IMG/VR virus record: IMGVR_UViG_3300042298_000319
Location: 1,486 to 65,485 of that record
Strand: one strand, 5' to 3'
Length of the DNA: 64,000 bases
Source: a virus
Lineage: Duplodnaviria; Caudoviricetes
Of the stretch, positions 54,628-61,293 are shown one piece after another; position 1 is the first letter of the stretch; each line of letters begins with the position of its first letter. Under the pieces are notes generated by a model that was not told the DNA's origin, did not search any database, and saw only the letters and a list, made by a program, of their open reading frames with translations. The position numbers were made by a program, and so were the translations under genes.

Positions 54628-55126
54628 CTTCCCCTCCCTTCGCATAGAAGTTGTTCGATATAGCCACGTCGATGTTCAAGTCCAAGTACCGCCGATATGC
54701 GCCCAGACGTACCACGTCGCTGTCTTCGATAGTCCTGTACACGTTGAACTTCACCCAGACATGTTCTAGCGCATAGCCCTCGGTCGGCTCGTCACCCTCG
54801 CCCCACCACACGCTGTCATCGTCGTAGTCAGGCAGGAACGTCTCCTTGTAGTCATGGATCAACGCGTTTAACTGCTCGTAGTCGTGTGATGTATGAAATG
54901 TTCCACCCACGATAATCCCACGCGGCTCCATCACGTCACACCACCCGCCGTATGACGTGTTGAACCCCTGCTTTTCCCACCACCCCTTGAGAACAGCAAA
55001 CTCGCCTCTGGCTCGTGCCACCTGAGACTGTTTGTCCTCCTCGGTGTAGTACTTCAGGATACGGTTGTCCACCTCAGCAGTCGATGTGTAAAAGGCAACG
55101 TGTGCCTTGAGAAGTTTTATGCTCAT
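54611..55126 (-). CDS. Hypothetical protein
   Basis: ATGA-coupled 171-aa ORF. Confidence 0.65.
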   Translation of the reverse strand: MSIKLLKAHVAFYTSTAEVDNRILKYYTEEDKQSQVARARGEFAVLKGWWEKQGFNTSYGGWCDVMEPRGIIVGGTFHTSHDYEQLNALIHDYKETFLPDYDDDSVWWGEGDEPTEGYALEHVWVKFNVYRTIEDSDVVRLGAYRRYLDLNIDVAISNNFYAKGGEDGLPF

Positions 55127-55323
55127 AGGTCACAGTCTCCACCCAACCCCTGCATGTTCTCCCACAGGTCTAACTCCAGCTGAATCCACAGCGGCATGTC
55201 GTCGGCTTCGGTTACTGTGGCTAGAAACTCCTGCTCGGCATCTGCCAACGCTTGACCCATCAGGTCAGGCATATTCTCGCGCCATTCTTGCATCTCGATC
55301 ATTAGTTGTTTGATACGTCCCAT
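55123..55323 (-). CDS. Small acidic protein
   Basis: AAAGGAG RBS. Confidence 0.65.
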   Translation of the reverse strand: MGRIKQLMIEMQEWRENMPDLMGQALADAEQEFLATVTEADDMPLWIQLELDLWENMQGLGGDCDL

Positions 55324-55356
55324 GATGTTGCTCCTTTCGATTAATTAAATAACAGT

Positions 55357-55554
55357 TCAGATCACGCTGAACGCTTGATCGTCACCGTCGTAGAACCAGT
55401 CTGTGTAACTGTAGATACTGCCCTCGTTGCTGAAGTACTGCCCATGCAGCGGCTCTTCTACGTATTCTTCGAACCCTGCTTCCTCCAGAGAAACTATTAG
55501 GCCACGCTCCCGCGCAACGTCTTCCCACTCCATCTCATCGACTAAATCAAACAT
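55357..55554 (-). CDS. Small highly acidic protein
   Basis: GAAAGGG RBS; first gene after the 55654 promoter; D/E- and aromatic-rich. Confidence 0.65.
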   Translation of the reverse strand: MFDLVDEMEWEDVARERGLIVSLEEAGFEEYVEEPLHGQYFSNEGSIYSYTDWFYDGDDQAFSVI

Positions 55555-55653
55555 GGTGAACCCTTTCGTAAATAGTGAGTCAGGTGACCCTGAACTGTTA
55601 AATAAAAATGCTGGTGTTGGATGCTATCTAGCTACATTGCTCTCCAACAGTAT

Positions 55654-55684
55654 AATTATAGCATAACTTAACATATAAGTCAAG
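55654..55684 (-). promoter_or_regulatory. Sigma70 promoter with an overlapping palindrome
   Basis: TTGACT-17-TATAAT with extended TG; AACTTGAC-N6-GTTAAGTT. Confidence 0.85.
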
Positions 55685-55699
55685 TTGTTTGGGTGACTT

Positions 55700-56110
55700 T
55701 TTTAGGCAGGGGTTTGTTCTGATTTTGGGCTGGTGAGATGAGTTTTGGAACGAAAAAAGGGCTGAAAACCCGCATTATTCCGTGAGGGTGTTCTGAGGAA
55801 AATGGTTGCCAGAACAGAAAAAGTACGCGTAAGTGTTTGTATTTCTTATTTTATTTTTTAACATAAACTATATATAGTTGTTCTGTTCTAGAAAAAATAT
55901 GAGTACGCTTCCTTCGGAGTGAATTTTGCACTTGCCACAGGACTCGACCGATCCGTAAAAAATCGTGCGTTTCCCTCCCCCTACCCCAAAAACACCGGAA
56001 CATTGGAACAAACGCTGAAAACCCGCATAAATCCTAGCTTTTCTTGTTCTGCCTGACCCTGTTTGTTCCGGCTTTTTTGGAACAAGCTATCGGAACAAGG
56101 CAACTCAGCG
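55700..56110. other. Candidate replication origin
   Basis: ORF-free; about 11 TGTTCY/RGAACA boxes in both orientations, an AT-rich core (55839-55900) and a duplicated GCTGAAAACCCGCAT. Confidence 0.5.
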
Positions 56111-56242
56111 TCATTTAAGCAAACGGTAAATGATGCAACTCACAATAATTTCCGCCGAACGAGCCTTTTCCATCAACATGGTGTAAAAGTTAATTTAACG
56201 AGTCAGGCATAGCTGAACTCTTATTTAACGCGCTTGCCCGCG

Positions 56243-56272
56243 CACGCGCGAGGACAAAGAACTGGTTTCAAA
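56243..56272. repeat. Cassette-junction repeat, copy 1
   Basis: CACGCGCGAGGACAAAGAACTGGTTTCAAA. Confidence 0.85.
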
Positions 56273-56283
56273 AACGCAGGCGC

Positions 56284-56316
56284 AAAAAAGCCGACGCGTC
56301 TTGCGACGCGTCGGCT
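56284..56316 (-). terminator. Intrinsic terminator
   Basis: AGCCGACGCGTC-GCAA-GACGCGTCGGCT-TTTTT. Confidence 0.9.
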
Positions 56317-56320
56317 AAAA

Positions 56321-56968
56321 TTACTTCACATCATACTCTTTCCAGAATGCCGCACTAGCTCTTGCTAGTTTCTTGCTATCGGCAGTAGGATCATTTCCCC
56401 TTACTTCGGCAGTCTTGCATCGGGTCTTGAATGTCTCAAACTCTTTTTCCAGAAACTCAATCATCGCAAGAGTAGCTGCTCTGGTCTGCGTTTTCGGATT
56501 ACGTCGAGCATACTCTCGCTTTGCCGCAGCTATCAGATCATCCATGCAATTCTTGCAATACTTGTTGACCAGATCACGTAAAGCAAAGATCACATTGTAC
56601 TTAGCAAGATCATCGCGTTTCATCGCGCCGATAGCTTGCTGTGTGAAAGAATACGCATATGCGACGCCGATATTGACTACTTCTAGCGGCTTTGCATCCG
56701 GCGGCAGCTGGTCTACTGGAATGTAATTCCCGTCGATTACTGCGTATTCAGTAGCTGGATTATTAGCCTCATACCGCTTACGAAAACCAGCTTTAAGCTG
56801 GTCAATGTCCTCTTTAGCGGGCTCTGTTAAAAAGTTTTTAATGTTATCTAAAGCATACGCGCCATTCTTTTTGAGAATGTCCGAGCTACCAGCTACTGAA
56901 TAGCCGAAAGCCTCAAGGTCTTTGAAGGTTGATTCTACTGCTACTGCGATTTGGCTTTTCTTTGCCAT
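56321..56968 (-). CDS. Early protein, paralog A
   Basis: AAAGGGG RBS; aligns over its full length to 57189. Confidence 0.85.
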   Translation of the reverse strand: MAKKSQIAVAVESTFKDLEAFGYSVAGSSDILKKNGAYALDNIKNFLTEPAKEDIDQLKAGFRKRYEANNPATEYAVIDGNYIPVDQLPPDAKPLEVVNIGVAYAYSFTQQAIGAMKRDDLAKYNVIFALRDLVNKYCKNCMDDLIAAAKREYARRNPKTQTRAATLAMIEFLEKEFETFKTRCKTAEVRGNDPTADSKKLARASAAFWKEYDVK

Positions 56969-57017
56969 GATAATGCCCCTTTGCGTAAGGATTAAACCGG
57001 CACTAATTTCATCCGGT

Positions 57018-57056
57018 AATTATGTTATAGCTGATATCTAGCGAGAAAATCAATGT
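57018..57056 (-). promoter_or_regulatory. Early promoter (cassette type)
   Basis: TTGATT-18-TATAAC; shares TCRGCTAWAASATAAT with 57897 and 58869. Confidence 0.6.
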
Positions 57057-57110
57057 TTCAGGCATGGGTGAATCGTTAATTAGCGCATGACGCACACGCG
57101 CTCTGGCACG

Positions 57111-57138
57111 CGCGCGAGGACAAATAACTGGTTTCAAA
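57111..57138. repeat. Cassette-junction repeat, copy 2
   Basis: CGCGCGAGGACAAATAACTGGTTTCAAA. Confidence 0.85.
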
Positions 57139-57147
57139 CGCAGGGCG

Positions 57148-57184
57148 AAAAAAAACCCTGCCAACCTTTCGGCTGGCAGGGTTG
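57148..57184 (-). terminator. Intrinsic terminator
   Basis: AACCCTGCCAGCC-GAAA-GGTTGGCAGGGTT-TTTTTT. Confidence 0.9.
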
Positions 57185-57188
57185 AGTG

Positions 57189-57848
57189 TTACTGCTTGTT
57201 TAACATCTCATACTTGACCTTGAAAGCGATAATCGCTTCGCGTAAGGCCTTGCTGTCTGCGGTAGGATCGTTCCCTCTCGCCTCTGCTGTCTTGCAGCGC
57301 TGATTCCAAGCATCAAACTGCTTATCAAGGAACTCACCAAAAGCCAGCGTAGCAGCGCGTGTGGTTGATTCAGGATTGCGCTGCTTTTCTACCTTCCTTG
57401 CTGCTGCTTTCAAGTCTGACAAGCAGTTGAAGCAATACTTGTTTACCTTGTCACGCAGGTCTTGCAATATTTGATACTTGGGCAAATCCTCAGCCTTCAG
57501 CGCACCATATGCTTGCTGAGTGAACGAAAAGGCGTAAGCCACACCAATGTTGACGTTCTCCAGTACCTTAGCGTCAGCCGGTAGTTGATCGCGTGGTATG
57601 TAATTACCGTCAACGACAGCGTAAGCAACATCGGGGTGAGTTTCACTGTAACGCTGACGAAAACCTTCTTTCAGTTCGCTGATTGCTTCCTTAGCCGGTT
57701 CGGTAAGAAAGTTTGCAATGTTATCCAAAGCCCAAGCCCCATCGAGGCGTGATGCGTCAGACTTTTTAGCCACGCTATAACCAAAGTCGCGGTAGGACTT
57801 GTACGACACTTCCTGTACTGCTAATGCAATGGCAGTTTTCTTAGCCAT
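57189..57848 (-). CDS. Early protein, paralog B
   Basis: AAAGGAG RBS; shares ALDNI.NFLTEPAKE.I..LK.GFR and GNDPTADSK. Confidence 0.85.
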   Translation of the reverse strand: MAKKTAIALAVQEVSYKSYRDFGYSVAKKSDASRLDGAWALDNIANFLTEPAKEAISELKEGFRQRYSETHPDVAYAVVDGNYIPRDQLPADAKVLENVNIGVAYAFSFTQQAYGALKAEDLPKYQILQDLRDKVNKYCFNCLSDLKAAARKVEKQRNPESTTRAATLAFGEFLDKQFDAWNQRCKTAEARGNDPTADSKALREAIIAFKVKYEMLNKQ

Positions 57849-57896
57849 GATATTGCTCCTTTATGTAGTTGATAAAAGGCCAGTATTTATCTGGCA

Positions 57897-57935
57897 TAAT
57901 TATCTTTTAGCTGACACTACAGATAAAATCAACGT
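57897..57935 (-). promoter_or_regulatory. Early promoter (cassette type)
   Basis: GAAACGTTGATTTT...TCAGCTAAAAGATAAT. Confidence 0.55.
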
Positions 57936-57986
57936 TTCAGGATAGGCTGAACCGTTGGCGTGCGCGCTTGCGCCCGCGCCCTGACC

Positions 57987-58016
57987 CACGCGCGACGACA
58001 CATAACTGGTTTCAAA
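57987..58016. repeat. Cassette-junction repeat, copy 3
   Basis: CACGCGCGACGACACATAACTGGTTTCAAA. Confidence 0.85.
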
Positions 58017-58021
58017 CGAAC

Positions 58022-58047
58022 AAAAAGAAGGGGGCCGAAGCCCCCTC
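58022..58047 (-). terminator. Intrinsic terminator with UUCG loop
   Basis: GAGGGGGC-TTCG-GCCCCCTTC-TTTTT. Confidence 0.85.
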
Positions 58048-58049
58048 GA

Positions 58050-58223
58050 TCAGTCGTTGTACATGTTGTCGTACTCATGCACCTTCCGGCCTTCCTTCCA
58101 CAGTTCCACATACAGATAGTGGCGCGTGAGCAGATGGAACAGCGAGACAGCGTCAAGATACTTATCGCAGTAGAAGCTGCGGATGATGCCGTCGGTTTCT
58201 TGAATAGCAACTTTGTAGTCCAT
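58050..58223 (-). CDS. 57-aa early protein (absent from ORF track)
   Basis: GAAAGGAAA RBS; MDYKVAIQETDGIIRSFYCDKYLDAVSLFHLL... Confidence 0.7.
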   Translation of the reverse strand: MDYKVAIQETDGIIRSFYCDKYLDAVSLFHLLTRHYLYVELWKEGRKVHEYDNMYND

Positions 58224-58228
58224 GGTAT

Positions 58229-58259
58229 TTCCTTTCGAAGTGAGGGGGCCGAAGCCCCC
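58229..58259 (-). repeat. UUCG hairpin plus RBS repeat, copy 1
   Basis: GGGGGC-TTCG-GCCCCC-TCACTTCGAAAGGAAA, identical at 58555-58586. Confidence 0.85.
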
Positions 58260-58265
58260 GGTGGT

Positions 58266-58550
58266 TTAGCGTTGCAGCATGAAGCGGGCGAGTACTAGCA
58301 TTGCACCTACACCATTGTTGCCATCCATATCATTAGCAATTAGGTAAGCATCACTATCTATGATGTAGCGTGGCGCCGACCAATACTCTGGGCCGTCGTC
58401 ACCGTGCCGTGCTATTACTGAGTCGTTGCAGGTGTACCAATCAAGCAAACCCCTATCACTGTGCATCGAGCCGATGTATTCACAAGCCTCACAATCGTGA
58501 GTCCATTTAGAATGCATAGCCTTTCCTCTCAGAATGCGTGTAGAGCGCAT
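58266..58550 (-). CDS. Early protein with HDC..C motif
   Basis: W.HDCEACEYIG...D.Y.C.....ARHGDDGPEY.S. Confidence 0.7.
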   Translation of the reverse strand: MRSTRILRGKAMHSKWTHDCEACEYIGSMHSDRGLLDWYTCNDSVIARHGDDGPEYWSAPRYIIDSDAYLIANDMDGNNGVGAMLVLARFMLQR

Positions 58551-58554
58551 TGTC

Positions 58555-58586
58555 TTTCCTTTCGAAGTGAGGGGGCCGAAGCCCCC
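58555..58586 (-). repeat. UUCG hairpin plus RBS repeat, copy 2
   Basis: Identical to 58229-58259. Confidence 0.85.
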
Positions 58587-58591
58587 ATTAG

Positions 58592-58822
58592 TTAGAAGCG
58601 TGCGCCGAGTAAGCGTCCGCGTTTGCCGATCAGTACAGTTGCACCAACCGGGTAGCACTTAGCCCAACCAAGTGCGTCGTCGTAGTCACGAGCAAACCGT
58701 ACTGACTCGATGCTTTCCCACCGCGCGACTACTACGTAGCAGGTTAAGCGATACCACAATGTCCGTATTGGATGGGCATTGAGATTAGCTTTGGTGAATT
58801 TGAATAACAGCTTCTTTGCCAT
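58592..58822 (-). CDS. First early gene, hypothetical
   Basis: GAAAGG RBS; MAKK start like the two paralogs. Confidence 0.7.
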   Translation of the reverse strand: MAKKLLFKFTKANLNAHPIRTLWYRLTCYVVVARWESIESVRFARDYDDALGWAKCYPVGATVLIGKRGRLLGARF

Positions 58823-58868
58823 GATGTACCTTTCGGATCAGGTTATACGATACGGGTTCGCATCGCAT

Positions 58869-58907
58869 GATTATCTTATAGCCGACATATCCCCCATATG
58901 TAAAGTT
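58869..58907 (-). promoter_or_regulatory. Early promoter (cassette type)
   Basis: GAAACTTTACA-18-TATAAG ATAAT. Confidence 0.6.
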
Positions 58908-59152
58908 TCCGCCCGCGACCCCACCGTACCGCCACCCCCCAGAATGCGTGCAGGTACCATCGCGCGCCCATACTCTCGGATACGCACAAACGACACCACC
59001 AAATCCAAATTACTGATCCAAACCCCCCTTTCAATCATCCCCATGACACAGCCCACCCGTCATGTCACAGCCTTCTATCTAACATTTCTTTCGCCTAAAC
59101 AAAAAATATTTCACAAAAATTTTCCAAAACTTAGTTGCTAATTTAACAAGCA

Positions 59153-59180
59153 TTTACAACTGAGCAATACCTGCTATATT
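59153..59180 (+). promoter_or_regulatory. Candidate promoter for the packaging operon
   Basis: TTTACA-16-TATATT with extended TG. Confidence 0.45.
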
Positions 59181-59213
59181 CCACGTTATTCTGTTAGGCC
59201 ACAGAAAGCCGAT

Positions 59214-59777
59214 ATGAATACACTTCTACCCGACATCGAGGATGACATTCCTCTCCCAGCCTCAGCTACTGAGGCAATGCCTGACCTCACCCCGCAAGAA
59301 GAGATTGAGATGCGGGCGCGTACTATTAAGTTAGTCGCTGATCTAAACAACAAATCTATCGAGCCATCGTCTGAGCATATTAATCAGGCAAGAGAGCTTG
59401 CACATCAGATGGTGCATAACCCCGCGCACCGCCCAGACTTTGCTAAGTACCCAAACGAGGTCATGGCTTATCTGGCGGGCATGGTGGCGCAGAGCAACTG
59501 CATGATCGTTGAAGAGCTGTCTGATCTGAAACTATATGTAGTTAACAAGCTAGTCGCTGAAATTGAGAACGCCAAAGACCCCAAAGCGAGGATTGCGGCG
59601 CTATCGAAGCTTGGCGAAGTCGATGGTGTTGATGCGTTTAAGCGTCGTTCTGAAGTAACTCACAAGATAATGAGTATTGAAGAGGTCGAAAAAGAGCTGC
59701 TTGAGACGCTAAATACGTTGGAAGATCAGGTTATCGACGTGGAAGTACGCGAAACGGGGGCGGGACTTGGCACTTGA
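59214..59777 (+). CDS. Probable terminase small subunit
   Basis: Helical 187 aa directly upstream of TerL; ARIAALSKLG...F..R.EVT. Confidence 0.6.
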   Translation: MNTLLPDIEDDIPLPASATEAMPDLTPQEEIEMRARTIKLVADLNNKSIEPSSEHINQARELAHQMVHNPAHRPDFAKYPNEVMAYLAGMVAQSNCMIVEELSDLKLYVVNKLVAEIENAKDPKARIAALSKLGEVDGVDAFKRRSEVTHKIMSIEEVEKELLETLNTLEDQVIDVEVRETGAGLGT

Positions 59778-61293
59778 TGCACTAAGACTATCTACCGCAG
59801 ACATAAATAAGCTGCGTGCTAGGCTTCCCACCATGCCGGAGAAGCAAAAACGGCGTACTGCCGAGCTATTAAAGAAGTACAGAGAAGAAGTAACCCGCGA
59901 AATAGGCAAAGAATCGTTCTTAGACTTCGTAAAACACGTCTATCCGGGCTATAAAGTGGGCCCACACCACTATAGACTGGCAAAAATCTTCGAAGAAATT
60001 GCTTCTGGGGCGAAAAAACGGGTGATTGTGAACATCGCCCCCCGCCACGGCAAGTCAGAACTCATCTCATACCTCGCTCCAGCGTGGTTTTTGGGCAAAT
60101 ACCCGCAAAAGAAGGTCATTATGGCCTCACATACCGCTGATTTGGCGGTGCAGTTCGGTCGAAGAGTGCGAAACTTGGTTGGATCGGAGGCATACCGTGA
60201 CATTTTTCCGCAGATTGAGCTACAGGCGGACTCAAAGAGTGCGTCTAGGTGGGGAACCAATTTCAACGGGGAGTATTTTGCTATCGGTGTTGGCGGTGCT
60301 CTTGCTGGTCGTGGTGCTGACCTATTTATTATTGACGACCCCCATTCTGAGCAAGAGGCAAAACTGGGACGACCCGAAGTGTTTCTACCAGCGTGGGAAT
60401 GGTTTCAGTCAGGACCAATCCAGCGACTTATGCCGGGTGGGGCGATTATTGTAGTGATGACCAGATGGAGCAAACTTGATCTCACTGGGCAAATTATTAC
60501 GCAGATGGAGCGTAGCGAGGATGTGGATCGCTGGGAAGTGGTGGAGTTCCCGGCAATCGATGAGAACGACCAACCTCTCTGGCCCGAATTCTGGCCGCTT
60601 GAGGAGCTGCTGGCGAAAAAGGCATCACTGGATATTCGATACTGGAATGCTCAGTACATGCAGCAGCCAACGTCGGAAGAAGGAGCGTTAATAAAACGTG
60701 AGTGGTGGCAGATGTGGGACAAAGACGACCCGCCACACTGTGAATTTACGATCATGAGCTTGGATGCGGCACAAGAAGCCAACAACCGCTCTGACTACAA
60801 CGCCTTAACAACGTGGGGCGTGTTTTACAACGAGGAAGTAAACAACTACAACATCATCTTGCTTAACTCTATTAAGAGACGTATGGAGTACCCGGAGTTA
60901 AAACAGTTGGTGTTGGATGAGTACCGTGAATGGGAACCCGACTCATTCATCGTGGAGAAGAAGTCTTCTGGTTCCGTGTTGTATCAGGAGATGAGGCGTA
61001 TGGGTGTGCCGATACAAGAGTTCACACCGGGCAAGGGGCAAGACAAGATTTCTCGCGTTAACGCTGTTTCTTCACTGTTTCACAGTGGTGTGGTGTGGGC
61101 GCCGCACCGACGCTGGGCGATGGAGGTTATTGAAGAGTGTAATGACTTTCCGTCTGGCATAAATGACGACTTGGTGGACTCGACTACGCTGGCTCTGCTC
61201 CGCTTCCGGCAAGGTGGGTTTATACGACTGCATAACGACGAACCTGAAGAAATTCAGCTGTTTAAGTCGAAGAGGCATAGAGGATATTACTGA
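59767..61293 (+). CDS. terL: Terminase large subunit
   Basis: APRHGKS Walker A; IIDDP Walker B; MTRW; YMQQP; SLD/VEK/DDLVD nuclease acidic residues. Confidence 0.95.
   Translation: MALDALRLSTADINKLRARLPTMPEKQKRRTAELLKKYREEVTREIGKESFLDFVKHVYPGYKVGPHHYRLAKIFEEIASGAKKRVIVNIAPRHGKSELISYLAPAWFLGKYPQKKVIMASHTADLAVQFGRRVRNLVGSEAYRDIFPQIELQADSKSASRWGTNFNGEYFAIGVGGALAGRGADLFIIDDPHSEQEAKLGRPEVFLPAWEWFQSGPIQRLMPGGAIIVVMTRWSKLDLTGQIITQMERSEDVDRWEVVEFPAIDENDQPLWPEFWPLEELLAKKASLDIRYWNAQYMQQPTSEEGALIKREWWQMWDKDDPPHCEFTIMSLDAAQEANNRSDYNALTTWGVFYNEEVNNYNIILLNSIKRRMEYPELKQLVLDEYREWEPDSFIVEKKSSGSVLYQEMRRMGVPIQEFTPGKGQDKISRVNAVSSLFHSGVVWAPHRRWAMEVIEECNDFPSGINDDLVDSTTLALLRFRQGGFIRLHNDEPEEIQLFKSKRHRGYY

Noticed and set aside
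55579-55690. dif/XerCD-like site (TGTTAAAT, TATGTTAAG) or recombinase sites with 6-bp spacers
   Set aside because: No XerC-like arm at the correct spacing; spacers differ between copies; no recombinase gene; better explained as operators and promoters
56243-58016. GTTTCAAA/TTTGAAAC repeats as a CRISPR array or solitary CRISPR repeat
   Set aside because: Only 7-8 nt resemble a repeat end; copies are ~870 bp apart with whole genes between them; no cas genes other than a generic PD-(D/E)XK nuclease
57929-58298. Track ORFs 57929-58210 (-) and 57960-58298 (+)
   Set aside because: They run across a terminator and repeats; the RBS-supported gene is 58050-58223 in another frame
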